NCBI GenBank assembly: GCA_051362555.1
Contig: CM120648.1
Location: 11,652,587-11,716,586, forward strand
DNA from: Lingula anatina
Taxonomy: Eukaryota > Animalia > Brachiopoda
Reading direction: 5' to 3'
DNA length: 64,000 nucleotides
Below are positions 1 to 15,200 of the stretch, piece by piece. The notes below the pieces were generated by a model. It had not been told where the DNA came from. It saw only the letters and a list, made by a program, of their open reading frames with translations, and searched no databases. Numbering within the stretch: position 1 is the stretch's first letter; each line of letters starts with the position of its first letter. A program made the translations under genes and the position numbers.

Positions 1-277
1 ACCTCACATGATACAAATCACAGTGCCACCTCCTTTTTAGAATATAAGCTTTAATAACTTTAAATACCGAATGTTTTAAGTGACTGCGTAATGTGTAAAT
101 GCGTTTCTACCGAGATAATACTTATTTATATTGAAACATTTTAACAATATTTATTGAAGGAAAAGCAAATCGTCTTAAGCTCACCTTATAGCAAAGGCTA
201 TCTAATATAACTGCATTTAACAGATTCAACACAATAATACACAAATTAAAAGAAAAGAAAACCACAGGGAATCTTAC

Positions 278-3200
278 CCCAAACCCGTAGATGTGTCATA
301 CATTGCTGACAAATTGCCATACGTGATTATACTATCTGGTAGTCCGTGAGACCTGCAATGATACATGAAAAGTAGTGATTGTTTTTAATCATCTCATCTA
401 ACACAATGAAGGATTGACATCCTGAACATTTGGGTTATGGAGTATATTTTCCCAATAAACCATCCAACTTCCATAGTTTCGGTACACAATCTGCTCCGAC
501 GGGACAATGAGACGGGCTGCTAACTGATCCTACACACCTTACACAGCCTCAGTTTCAAATTCCAACATGGCGTCTACAATGGTACAAGCAGCCATAATGC
601 CACATGATTTGCATGGTCTCATTTACACAATCCGCCACGATGAATAAATTCATGATAAGCATTTCTAATGCTACATATCTTTCACGGCCTCAGTTTCAAA
701 TTCTGCCATAATGGTAAAATAAGTACAAGCAGTTCTTATTCCACATTACTTACACCGCCTCGTTTACACAATCCGCCATGGCAGCTACATTGACACAGGC
801 GGTTCCAATTCCACTGACACAAACCCCCAGGAAAACTGCCCATGATGCACTGGAATCCAAAATTTAAATTATATATTATTGCACCTACATATCAGCTTTA
901 CGTTGCTCCTGGGTATTTTTAAAGAAACAAAAACTCTCCAAGGCAAAAGAAAATTAACAGCTCTTTATTTGAAATGAATCATGTCCCTTATTGAATAAGT
1001 TGTTTTAATTCATTATTTTTTTTATCTCATAGCAACAATATATGCAAAGTAATATAACGCCTTATTTCAATTTACCCCTTAGACAGTTACCCTGCAGATT
1101 CGGAAGTGGTAACATTTGTATAAAAACGTGGAGGATAATACATTAAGGAAAAATAAGATTGACTAGCACTGATACCTACCCTTTGCCGTTTGGAAATAAG
1201 TAAGTCAGTGGCGCCCAGGGTCCAATGAGGGTAAATGATAAGGCCATTATGAGGAGTCCGGAGATAATTATCACCTTTCTACGATTCTATAGAAAAAATA
1301 ATGCCAATTATGAACTTGAGTTTCAAAAATGCTTTCCTTAAGCTTTACACATGTTAAATTATTATTTCTTTAGAGTCTCCTAGTCAACCCCTCCCTTGCT
1401 CCAACCGACACCCTAAGGGAGGTGTCCCTCAATCAACCCTCCTCATATACAGTAGTAGTAATAATTATGTTTCCGTTGTATAATGTTTTAGAAACGTTTG
1501 AAAAGTATTAATCCCCATCCTGTGAATAGAAAGGGGCGGTCAAACAATGGAGAGCCTTCAAAATTCGAACGCAATAGTTTAGGCGTAATAACACAATAGC
1601 TTAAAGCCTCGGTCACAACCAGACGCACGAATTTCAGGATCGTACTTCCCCTGCGATTTTTGGATGTTGCGGAGGCCGTAGAGGTCGTAGAGGTAGAGGA
1701 AAGTCTGTCTTGCTAGTCACAAGGGCCACATGAGACGTCCTTTCAGCCCAGCAGACAAACGACATTGATTCACCGTTGAATCAACGTTAATTTTGGTGGA
1801 TCAACGTTGAATCAACGTAGAATCAATGTCGTTTGCCTGCTGGGAGGCAGGAACGCTATAGCAAGGAGCGATGTTCGTGGAAATTGTACTCATTTCTTGA
1901 GTTTGTCTTGCTTCCCGTGTACGTGGCACACACTAACCACTTACGAAGGGAATGCAACGCACGGCGAAAGTACTGCCGTTTTGCGTCACTTTTGCTTCAC
2001 ACTTGCCTCACACGTTTGTGGAGACGTACTAACAGCGTAGGTAAGTTTTGCTTCCGGTTCTCCTCTTCTTTGTTCTTCCTCCTCCCTTTTTCTACCATGT
2101 AAGCTTATTTCTCTAGCCTTTTGGAGGCATATTAGAAACTAAATTGAGCAAAAAAATTGAGCTAAATTGAGCAAAAAGTTTAAAAATTGTTGTATTGTAA
2201 AGACACAAGCGTTCGTCGTGAGCACGCCTTTTATACCCCAGGCGTGGGAGTGACGCACGTGCAACGCATTCCCGGTGTGCTCTCAACTTTGTTCGTTAGT
2301 TGTGAGGGCGTGCGCCTAACTCAACACGCAAAGGGCACTTGCTCCTCCATTGCTTGCGACGTGCGTCTTGCACAACGCACGTCTGAGGCTTTAGGCGAGT
2401 GAACCCCATGACGCCGGTATCTGTGGTCCAGCGCGATCACAACAATCCGCTGTAACTAAGTGTAATTAACAGCGGGATAAATCAACAAGAAGGTCCCTAT
2501 TGTTTGTTGCGGCGATAGGATTGTAGCTTTAAGAGGCTAGAACCCGTGCTACCGCGTGCCACTTAATTGTCTCCCGTAGCTGACTGTCCTTTTGTTCACT
2601 AGCTTGGCACAGCTGATCATGTTTTAAATGTTGCTAACAAACTCAAACTGCTTATTTCATTCAACATGAAGTGTTCCGTAGTCAAAAACTGAACTAAGTA
2701 ATTTTTTGTTTGATTAACATGCATAAGCATCAGCATCGTCCATCATCATGATCAACAATTCACCCTGTCTCATAATACGTATTGCAAATAGTACTTAAAA
2801 ATTATGAATGATAATGAATGAGGAATAAGCAGCGAATAGCATTTTCATAAAGGCACAGTTTATGGCAAAAACGTTTTGAAGTTTAAAGAAGCTCAGGAAA
2901 CAAATGTCTATCATTACGACCTGTGTAAAGAATACATATTTAAAGTAACAAATAAAGCAACATCATTTTTAAAAATAATATTTACAGAACAAGCTGGTTT
3001 GTAGCCTCAATTACTAAAATATTTATTTGATATGGACAATTGGCTTGACTCAGTCTTATTTTATTAAATTTGTGAATGACACATTCTCCATCGTCACCAT
3101 TGAATTATCAGTATCATTTTACATCACTAATCTTATTTAACAATCTCATTGTAAAGGCCCGGTTTAAGTTTGTTTAAGAGATGATAGCTATTGCGTTTAA

Positions 3201-6200
3201 CAATAGATTGCCACCTATTGTAAGATCCCCCTCCCTCCTCTTTAACCGAGCTCTTAGACCCCATTTCCAGAGATTAGATCGATCTACTTTAGATCGACCT
3301 AACTCCCTGGGGGTTCACGCTAAATAGCTGTCAGCCGGGCGGACACGAAAGTTAATTAACCCCTTACAGCTTGTAGTAGGCGGGACGGACATTTAAGCCG
3401 GATTATCTGACATTAATCTAGTGAGACTCCCCGCGGGGATAGATCGATCTAAAAGCTCTGGGAATACAGCCTAGACTGTTAATTCACCGTATTTTCATAT
3501 AGTGTTGTCCCACTGTCAGGCTTCCCCTGTTGCACGCTGGAGTTGGTTTGTCCTTGCGCCAATGCTAGATATTTTCTCTTAATTTGTTGTTTATATAAAC
3601 CTTATCATTTATTTTTAAATATTTTCATCTCATTACCCATTGTGCGCTATGAGAAACGGATGATTTTTGCCCACAGCAGAATAATTTTAAAGCAATTTGT
3701 TAGCTCGTAACCATGACAGGGCGCCCTTTTTTAGCTTTTGTTTAAAATTGACGTAAGTTGTCGAGGTTTAATGCTTAGCTCTTATAACGTTAGATTTATA
3801 TGCATCTTAACAATAAGATGAATATTTTATACTTGACTATTATTGCCCAGTGTTGAATGCATGCTTTTTCACTTCAGAGATCTAAAACAAGTCGCTAGTG
3901 TATCTAAATATAGCAAAATCTGTTCGACAGGACGTTTCTTTTCGGCAGCCGGACACACATTAACTGTATAGAGGCATGGTTTTACCTTATTTGAGAAAAG
4001 ATAAAAATCGCGTTTAACAATAGATTGCGAGCTGTGGTAAGACCTCCTTCCCCTTTAACCCATGTCTTACACTGTTAATACACAATGTCAGACTTCCCCC
4101 TGTTTCCACACCGGAGCTCTATATTGCCCTTGCGCCACTGCTGGATATTTTCTCCTATTCTGTTGTTTACATAAACCTTTTCATTTATTTTTGAATATTT
4201 TCATCTCATCACCAATTGTGCTCTCTAAAAAACGGGTGATTCAGCAATTTGTCTCATAACTATGACATGGCGCCCTTCTTTCTCTTTGTTGATTAATAAT
4301 GGACGTTAACGAGGTTTCATGTTTAGCTCTCATCGCGTTAAATGTATGTGCATCTAAAAGATAAGGTGTCAATTCTATATTTGACTGTTATTGCCCAGTG
4401 TCACACGTATGCTTTCTCACTTCAGTGATCTTAAACAAGGCGCTAGTGTATTTAAATATAGCAATATCTGTTCCACATAACGTTTCTGCACGGCAGCCAT
4501 GCAGACACAGTAATTGTAAAGGCATAGTTTTACCTTGTTTGAGAAAAGATAACAATTGCGTTTATTAATAGATTGCGAGCTATAGTTAGACCCCCTCCTC
4601 TTTAACCGATGTCTTACACTGTTAATACACACTGTCAGAATTCCCCCTGTTCCACGCTGGAGTATTGCCCTTGCGCCACTGCCAGATATTTTCTCCTATT
4701 CTGTTGTTTATATAAACCTTTTCATTTATTTTTGAATATCTCATCACCAAACGGGTGATTTTTCCCCACAGCATAATCATCTATTTTAATGCAATTTGTC
4801 TCATAACTATGACAGGGCAGTTTTTTCTCGTTGTTGTTTAAAAATGAACGTTAGTTTGTCGAGGCTTAATGCTTAACTCTTATTGCGTTATACCTGTAGT
4901 ACATCTATTCAATTTATATTGACTAACTTTGATGTAGTTAGATGGAACACAATTTGGTCTGACAATTTAGACCCAATTTAGGACTACATAAACTGGACGT
5001 ATTTACTTACGTATTTGTCTGTTATAAAGCCAAACAATGGTACTGAGCACGTGTAAAAGACCCCATACAGAGCTAGCGCCAGGCCGATCATTATATAGTT
5101 ACTTCGCATAAATGGATCTACCTGAAAATGTGGCATTGATAGAGAACAGAATGACAATAGACCACGCGGTTTCAAAATTGAACGCATCTATTCAAGAAAT
5201 TTCCCCCCGTCTCTGATAGCTGCACGAACATTTGGCATGTTCGAAGCGATAACGAGACAAATATAAAAAATGTTTTTTAACAGGAGGTTCACAAATTCGA
5301 AAATGTTTCATAAGATGAGCCAATATGCAAAAGGGTAATAATAAGTGAAATTATTATATTTAACACAAAAATTCAATTCGATAATTACATGTTTCTTCGG
5401 CAATTTATAAGTATAAATTATTTTTAAAATTTGAATTATTTAACATTTGACAAAAAGTTCACAATTACATAGTTAATATAAAATGTTTGTTTGAACAAAA
5501 TTACTTACATTCTCTAAATGATGTCCAAGTGTGGGAACGAAAGTGCCAAGTCCAACAAATACCACTAATATGCCAAGGTGTTCCAAAGGTATGGCGGGTA
5601 TCTTTGCTAAATTAATTATCTGTCCAGAGTCTGATGTCATCTCTGTGAAAAAATCGATCAAACAGCTTACGTGGATTCAAAAAAGTCACAAGAAACAATA
5701 TGAGCGAGATAATATATATTAAGAAACAGATTATAACTGACATACACGACATATAAATTTATGCCATTACCAAATTCCATGCAACCTGATGGTATTCCTC
5801 CCCCTGTGTCTACCCCAGCCAATTTATAGCTTTTCTGTACACTTCCATTCTGTGAGGATATCCAGCATTTTTCTCTGTATTCCTTTCCCCCCATTTTACT
5901 CTACCTGTTGCCGTCAAATATATATTTTCTTCTCGTGCAAGACATATGACAGAAGAATGTTGCAAGTCTCATTTAAAATTCTTAAAAAATTCTTAGCCCT
6001 TATTTTTACATAAAAAGGTTATTTATTCCATTTGCTGTCCATGGTACATTTTCTTAAAAGCAATATATAACTACATGTAGGTATACGCAATTTGGCAAAA
6101 AATGGCACTACCGGCTGAATTTCCAATTAATTGGCAGGCAAAGTATGACTACAGTCTGTCCGCAGATCTGGCATATCAATGCGTAAGCGGTGATCATTAC

Positions 6201-9200
6201 AAAAACACCTACGCGCTTGCACAAAATAGTCCGCGACGTGTGTTTCGCGCCATGTTTTCAAAAACCCGTAGTTGTTATATAAATCCATGAAGCTCTGTGA
6301 ATAACTCATTATTCCGCTTGAAACTTTCAAAAAATAAAATTTAGAACTTGATGTAAACGCACAATGTAAAATGAACATTTCAATTTCGACGAAAGCCTTG
6401 TATCAATTGTCTAAAAATAGCATACGCATTTTTCTCAAGCAGATCGTGTAATTTTGTACCCTAAAATGAAATGATTGTAGAAAAAATGGACAAACTTACT
6501 TTATTGATATTATAACGATTTATGCAACTATATATGCTGGAATTGAGCCAAAAAGAATAAAAAATTTGTACAACCGCCCTTTTTTGTGAAATCCCTATTT
6601 TAGTGCGAACTATGTGGGTCAGTCGAAACTGGGACTGTCACGTTGCACTGAGCAAGTGACTGGAGAGCGTTTTTCTCGGTAAATCTTGCATTTCGGTTGA
6701 AAAAAATTGAATGTTCAGCTTTTCAAGTGTATATTTATAGTATACAATGTGTCACTGTCATAGTGAGAGTTGTAATGGAAAATAATACGTGAAAAAAAGA
6801 CATCGGTGCTGGAGATCAATCATAACATACAGTGTAAATGGTTTTAGAATGGAAAAATCTGCCTTTCAAGTTACATAGCTTTGGGTTTGCCGACTAAAAG
6901 GTGAGTCTTTTTTTAAATTCACTTTGTTTCATATAAGCGCCGAAATGTATAGAAATGATTTTGGAGTAACCTCCCTTCGCATAGTTCAGATGCACTTGTT
7001 GACGTTCAGTACTAGTGAATGTTACATTTTGTTGCAAAGTTACAGTTGTACTTTGTTTACATAAAATGTGTACTAGTAGTAGGACCAAGTAATTATTATT
7101 ATTATATAGTATGGTAAGAAATTACTTTGATAAACAACTGGTGTGAGACTGACAATGAGGTGATTTTTTTTTTTAATCTATGGATTTTTCATTAAATTTC
7201 AGTTTTTATCTGCTTTGTATAAATTTCTTGTTTCTACATGTATGATTTTATCATTTTATTATATTTATTTTTAACAGATTCCCAATTTGGGCATATCAGC
7301 TGACAATAAGGGAAGAGGTGTTCTGGTCAAGACCAGGGAAAATTATTTTCTATACGATTTTGATTGATGGTGCTGTTGATGCAGGTGTGACTGAACAAGA
7401 GATGGTGTTTTGTAGAGTCTTGGATATTTTTTACCCTAGAAACCTTTCTCATAGCAGACAAGTTCTGGAACATTATTTTCTTCAAGTATTATACAGGATG
7501 GGCTTTGACCCAAAAGACTTCCATTGAGAGTGGCCTGCCTTTAAAGAGCACATAGGTGGCATGTTTATAGTGAATAAAAGTAAAGATATGTGTACTGATT
7601 TGTTTCAAGGCTAGGAGACCAGACAAAGATTAGAATACATACAATAATGCTAATTGAAATTGCCTTGTTCAGCCTGTCCACTTCTCAGGTGGAGAGAGGA
7701 TACAGTGCTCTCAAAAGAACCGAATCTGACTGGAGGTCAAGTTTGGGGAATATTGTGCTTAAGTTAACAAAATTTTGACAGCAGTTTTATAGGGGCCAAG
7801 TTTTGATGATCATTTAGTCAAGGAATCTATCAACCACTGAGTGGCAGAGTGGCACTCTGGGAAACAGCCCAATTTTGAACTTGAAAATTGATTTTGTTTT
7901 CTGACTATCATATCCAGGTAAATGACCTGGCCATTGAAGATTCTAAGGAAATAAAAAAATTGAAACATACTCCTGTACTTAAGTTTTTTGTTTTTTTTTT
8001 CATTTTTAATGCACTTTGATATGTATTTAATTACATATTATATGCAAGAATTTTCAGTTGGGGATGATCTTGATTGTATGTCAGTTTTGGCTAAAGTAAT
8101 AACTTGCTGGGGCAGGTGCTTCTCCTGCCCTCAGAATAGACATATCAAGTTGGCCAACGAGTTTATTGGAGCCTTGTTAACTGCTTTAATTTAAAAGGCA
8201 AAAAGTTTCAAAAAAACTTTCAAAAAGTTCAGTGCATATTCATGAGGCTGAATGAACATTTCCCAGGGACAGTGCTTTAAGGACATGAGTTTTAAATGTT
8301 TACTTAGTTTTGTTTATCACACAGATTTCAAAATTTTGCACTTTTAAAAAGAGAAATGTAAATTTTAAATAGATTAGGGATATTTTTTTCAAATTACAAT
8401 TGTAAGGGTCTTATTTTAAATAGTTAAATATGTAAGAGACAAAAATAGTACTAGTACATAGAAATAAATATTGAGCAGTAAAATAAGAGAACAAGGCAGA
8501 AGTGCAGATCTTAATATAATGAATAAACCGGAGTTGAATGCTTTTTTTTTTATCAAAACCCTTTCAGGCTTTAAAAAGTACAACCTGACCATAGGCCAGT
8601 ACTTCATTGTAAATATTTATCCAATTAAAAAAAAATCTTGTTTTATTTATAACTAGATCTAGCAATATCTTTCTATATCGGTCAAAATTCACACTGGATT
8701 TCTTGTGGAGTGGATCATAATTATACAATTTTTGATGTTTTAAGAATGAGTTTATATAACTCTTGGAATATTTCTGATGTTAGATGCACAGCACTTGTTC
8801 GTATTTTAATTTTATTGTAACTTGTTTGCTCTAATATTCAGAATATTTAAGAACACTTGTAGTCTTGCCAAGTCGGGTCAGTGCTTCAGGTTGGTCACGT
8901 GACGCTATAAATTATGATGAAAATGGGGTTCCATTTTTGTCGTCGTTTTGGAGATGCACTAAATTCCCCACACAAAATGGGTAAAAATTTTAGGAGATAT
9001 ACCTTATGATATATCATTTGAAAGTTTATGATCTTATCTTTCTGCAGGATGTAATTGTTTGAAAATATTTTGCGTTTCCTGCGATACATAATCACAGTAA
9101 CTTAATGCACTTGAAAAAATCGATTTTGCCGACTTTTACACCGACTTCACGGGAATATGAACACTTTGCCAACGAGGTGGGACCCAAACGCAACATGTGT

Positions 9201-12200
9201 TTCTAGTAGGCTTGTTAAGGGGTCAAACGCTGCATTTTATAGTACAAATGTCTAACTTGGCATAAATGTTCCTTGGGCCAAAAAAAAATTTTTTATCCAA
9301 AGAGACGCCCTCTATCGATGCATAAATTAGCATAAATTATGCAAATTAGGTGCCAAAATATTTAATATTTCATATTTCCATTAATTTTTGGCCTAGAAAC
9401 ATGTATAGATTATCAAACCTGACTAAATGAGGGACAAGGAACCCATTTCTGATATTATGGAATTAATTGGTGGCCATTTTGTGCCTCAAATCCAAGATGG
9501 CCGCCAACCACCATTTTGAAAGTGGACATAATTTTGCTATTTTATGGTGAATTTTGAAGTGCTTGGTCTATATGTACTTGATATATATATATCGATTCCT
9601 ACTATTTTGGTGGTGAAAAAGTCATTTTTGATATTGTTTTGGTGATAGAAGGTGATTTGAAAGGACAAAGGGGGTGTTTTAAGTGCCTACCAAGATATGT
9701 GTGAACGCTGCAGAACCATGGATATTGATAACCCGTATTCAAATATATTTCAATGCAATTTTTTGTTATATACCATCGATATTGGACCATATTATGAGCA
9801 AAAAAACTCATTTTTATCATTATGGTAGCCCTTGGTGGCCGTTTTAGCCCTCAAATCCAAGATGGCCGCCAAAAACCATTTTGAAATTGGGCATAATTCC
9901 CTATTTTGAAACTATATGTATTACTTTTTGTAAATGAGTAACACGTCGTTTTATATTATTTTCTGGTGCAGAATACATTATATTTCATAAAATGTGTGCC
10001 TCAAGTCCGAGATGGCCGCCATCCGCCTTTTTGAAATTGGGCATTATTCACCATTTTGAATCTCTCAAACCTTCATAAGCGTGCCATGCGTCATTTTTGA
10101 TTATTTCCTGGTGCAGAATACATTTTCGGTTTCATAAAATGTAAATAGAAACTTTTATAAGCCTCCAAATAAATGTAGGATTCAGTTGTCACAGGGGCCT
10201 GCAGTTTTTATATACAATTAGTAGTCTAATTAGTACAAAACTATGTTCTTTATCATATTTTAAGGATTTTGCCCGATCTATAAAACAAGTGTCAGCAAAT
10301 AAAATGGCTGAATTTAAGCAAAAGAATACATGCTTGACCGCATGAGGAAAAATTGTTAGCCATTATTTTGATCAAAACCAAGTGTTGGTTGCATGCCGCT
10401 ATTTTAATTATTTGGTGTAATTTATAATCTTTAAACTGTGGGATCCTCATACTCTTGTATTAGGTAAAATGGTACTATTCTGGGGGCTCAAAAGTAATTT
10501 TCTGGTGCTAATTTGGTGACGGAAGATAATAAAAAGGTCATATAAGATTGTAAAATAACTTCCAAGATGAGTTTCCTTGAGTATATGACAAAAATGTGGA
10601 ACCTGAACCACATGCTCAAATATATCATCAAGATTTATCTTAAGTGACCATCCACTAAAAGATACTGAATAATTTAAAGGTAAGCAATAAACATATATAC
10701 ATAGTTGCATTACATTATTAATCTTTTACTGGTCAATGTGAACCAAAAAGCCAGATGCACATTTATGTCCCAGTCACTGGGGCTTGCATTTGCATGTTAA
10801 ATATAGTCCAGAAGATTTGAAGGGTGAAAAATGTGTAGTCTTATAATACTATGGAACCTGGTAAGTTGTGTTGAAGCGTAAATGCCCGTGAAAGACAAGC
10901 AAATGGACTTTGCTTTGAAAGAGCTCCAGAATTTGTCTGAAAAATCATCCAGCATCACAGCAAAAGGAAACATGCATGATCAGCTCTGGTAGGCCAATAA
11001 AACAACGAGAATTGAGCTTTGGTCAGTGTCCTATGAGGAACAGACAAACAATATATTAAAATCCGGTTTCAAGAGAAACATCAATGCATGGGAACAAGTA
11101 ACATCAGACGAAAGTGGTATCTAAATACACAAACGAAGGAATCTGCAAAACCAACTAGAAAGCAGCAGCTGCGCAGGTAGGCAAGAGGGATAATGCAAAA
11201 AAGTCCTAAAAGCAGCCCACTTTTCTAGTTGACATTGCCAGTGATCCTTCCTAGTACGATTTGGCCAGACAAGTTATACCAATAGAAATCCACAAGGCGA
11301 CTACATAGTTCTCATTGTTTCCAATGGACGAACAAGCACAAAACATTTACAGCATGTGACAACTACAAGAAAAGTCATCTTGGAATCATCGTAAAACACC
11401 TTATGCCCTTTTTTATTATCCTTTGTCACCAGAACAACACCAGAAATTAATTATGTACTTCCAAAATAGTAACAATTGATGTATTACAATCATATGAAAG
11501 TCCAACAGCTCAAAAAAGGTAAATTATGCCATAATTTTAAAATAGCGACAGGCTCTTGGATTTGAACAAAAGAATAGCTAACAATAGTCACTATAAAGTC
11601 AAATCAGCCATGCTGGTCTCTTGCACTTAATCTATGTCTGGCAAAATCATTTTAAAATTGTTAAACATATTTTTGGACTAATTTGACTTCAAGACGTATG
11701 CAAGCAAAGGTGAAGACGTAAGCCTATATTGATGTTGGGGCCTTTCAATATTTTCTTTTTGTATTATATCTCACAAGAGATAAGACACATGACTTCCAGA
11801 ACTAAAATGATAAGAAACGATGTATAACATGCTAGTGTAAGAGCAAGAGCTTCAAATTGAGTTATGCCTTAGCCGTATTTCAGAATTGTGACCGGCGGCC
11901 ATCTTGGATCAGAGGATCAAAATGGCTACCAATTGTCTCCAAAGCACCAAGTATGTGTTCTTTACCTTTAATTAAGCCATTTTGGTCTCTTACACTTGTT
12001 TCAAGCTCTTTAGAATGTTATAGAACATTTCGTACTAATTAGACTACATGACACATGTAAGCCTATGTGACAACTTAAGCCTACATGCATATTGAATTTG
12101 GAGGCTAAAATAGTTTGTACTCACATTTTATGAAACAGATAATGTATTCTGCACCAGAAAATAATATAAAGCGACATATTACTCATTAACAAAGATGTAA

Positions 12201-15200
12201 TACATATAGTTTCAAAATAGCAAATTATGCCCTATTTCGAAATGGTTTTTGGCGGCCATCTTGGATTTAAGGGACAAAAAGGTCACCAATGACCTCCATA
12301 ATGGTAAAAATGAGTTCTCTCGCTCATGACATAGTCCAATATTGATGGTATATAACAAAAAATTGCATTGAAATATATTTGAATACGGGTTATCAATATC
12401 CATGGTTCTGCAGCGTTCACACATATCTTGGTAGGCACTTAAAACACCCCCTTTGTCCTTTCAAATCACCTTCTATCACCAAAACAATATCAAAAATGAC
12501 TTTTTCACCACCAAAATAGAAGGAATCGATATATATATCAAGTACATATAGACCAAGTGCTTCAAAATTCACCATAAAATAGCGAAATTATGTCCACTTT
12601 CAAAATGGCGGTTGGCGGCCATCTTGGATTTGAGGCACAAAATGGCCACCAATTGTTTCCATAATATCAGAAATGGGTTCCTTGTCCCTCATTTAGTCAG
12701 GTTTGATAATCTATACATGTTTCTAGGCCAAAAATTAATGGAAATATGAAATATTAAATATTTTGGCACCTAATTTGCATAATTTATGCCAATTTATGCA
12801 TCGATAGAGGGCGTCTCTTTGGATAAAAAATTTTCTTTTGGCCCAAGGAACATTTATGCCAAGTGAGACATTTGTACTACAAAATGCAGCGTTTGGCCAA
12901 TTTTTGGTCCTTAACAAGCCTACTAAATATCAACACAAAGCACACTTGTTTACCTTTTAGAATATATATAAAACGCTGGTGATTTCAACATTGTAGCAAT
13001 TTTGTTTAAATTGAAACACCCTAGTGTTACACGCTTCAAAAATGCGAGTGCTTGGCGTCGAGTTCACCTCGCGCTAAAAAAATGGACAAAGCTGAATTTT
13101 CAATTTATATATACTGCCAGAGACCGAGTTTAACCAGCTTTCATGATTTAGTTTTTAAAACTTTGTACAATTTAAACTTCTTATAGAGATCTTCAAATAG
13201 AAAATTTCGGACACCTGAAACGGGGCACCATTTGCAATCACCCGCGTGGATAAATCTTCCATTTTACCGTTCTGAATCTATTTTTTATGACAACTAACCT
13301 TAAGATTCCGAATCCCTAGATATCCCCGCTTCTTTTTATATATCTATCGTTTAATCACATCAACTGTTGACAAAACTACACATGAAAATACGAAGAGCTC
13401 AAAAGTCGTCCATTTTCACTCGATTTTGCTGAAAGTAGTGCGAAAATGGCCGTCGCTTCAGACAGTGTGCACGTGCAGCTCGGAATCTGCGGACAGACTG
13501 CTAATAATAACTCTGACAAGTTACCTTCCCCTTCTTTCTCAGTGGGTAAAGTAAAAAAGGCAACAGCTGCTATGATGATCGTTAGTGGACCTGACACGAA
13601 GAACGGCAAGCCAAACCCTCCCAGCTGATAGAGGCCGCCACCGACCAAGGGGCCCAGGACGTGACCAAGTCCTGCAAACATTTCCAAGAACCCCTGAAGA
13701 GCGAAATGTCAAAACAAAGATTACATATCCCAGCTTTTTTGCACGTCACAATATATTTATGATAGTTTCATCGATTCACTTGCTGCTTAAAAATATTCAC
13801 TGTCGAAATAAGCGCACTTAATAAGTGCAAAAATACAATGAAAACAACGAGAGTGGTCTCACTGCTTGATAATGTGAGGAATGTACCCTATAATTTTCAC
13901 TTAGCCCAAATACGGTTGTTTCTGCTTCTGTTACTCTGTTTGTATGTCTGTCTGCATGTTTGCTTGTGTGTTTGTCTGTCAGTTTGCCCGATTGTTTCAC
14001 TGTTCGTCACGAGCACAACTCTAAAAGTAATAGATGGATTTTGATAAAGTATTCAGGATAGGTTTCAAACGGACTAAGGCATATTGGTGAGGGTACATTA
14101 TTATCTAGTTAAGGGCTTCTCTTTAATAAATTATATATATGATATAGTATATATATATATATATAATCATATCGTATCATTTCATTACGGTTTTCCCCTG
14201 CCTTACGAGTTTTTCCTCCTAAAATGCAAATTACGTGGGTTGAACTAGCATAATTTTAGTTTAACAATTGTTGTCTACTTACATATGCCGTTGCCACGTT
14301 GTCCCTAAACTCCTTCGTTGCTAGGGCATAGACTGCTATAGCAGATATGGCCGCACCCAATGACTCTATGACACGTATTGTGATGGCAAGTCCAAGAAAA
14401 GTGCCTCCAGAAGGACAGGAACCTAAAAAGCTAAAAAAAAAAACACACCTTTACAGTACTTCTCTCTCTATATATATATATATATATGTGTGTCTGTGCA
14501 CTGTATTATACGATAAGTTTGTATTTCCATGCATATGTCATTAATTTCCTGCTTCCCCAGAGAGATAAACCATACGCAAACCGTCTGGAAAGTTTCAATT
14601 CATTATCCCATTTTTTAATGTCAAAATCTCCAGTTTTGGTATTTATCTTGATAATTATAGCATATGTTTCCGTTTTGATGAATTAAAGACAAAAGCAAAA
14701 TATTTAGTATTTAAAGACGCGGCAACATAGCTCTAAATTATTAATAAGTTACGCACCCGAAGGCCAAAGAACTGACACCAATTACAAGCGTTCCAATGTA
14801 GAAACAACGCCTCGCTCCCATGCCAGATAACTAAAATATACAACAGGTCAAAAAAGGTATTAATAAGACTTAATTAAGACGTAATCAAGAGTTCGTATTC
14901 AGGTAATAAAAGGTCGTTTTAATGTACTCGTGAGTAGGCATTCTGAGGACAGGGTCAACTGCATAATTATAAATTTGAATAAATAAATGGCAAAAAAAAT
15001 GAAACCGGAAGACAAAAATCTCACTGAAAAGCAATCGAAAAACAGTACCTGTGAGCCAATAATAAAGGAGCAACAGAACATGGCCACCTCGTAACACCCA
15101 AATATTGCCCCTACTCCCGTCAGAGACACGTTCCTTTTTATTGCCTGAAAATAAAATTCAAACAGCATGGTGTAGCCTATGAGATAATGCTGGTGTTCAT

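Larger units (their letters stand above)
6152..13500. mobile_element. 7.3-kb TIR DNA transposon complex in intron 5 of A (outer element)
   Basis: Perfect 16-bp TIR CAGTCTGTCCGCAGAT (6152) / ATCTGCGGACAGACTG (13500) flanked by CTA on both sides (6149-6151, 13501-13503). Intron 5 is under 0.6 kb in all other copies. Confidence 0.75.

Noticed and set aside
8894-8903. Perfect GTCACGTGAC (TFEB CLEAR consensus) in a vesicular transporter gene
   Set aside because: It lies deep in intron 5 within transposon-derived sequence, and a single 10-mer is not evidence of function.
10700-11450. Possible transposase remnants between the long inverted arms
   Set aside because: Composition looks formerly coding, but no motif could be identified with confidence by eye; needs a translated search.
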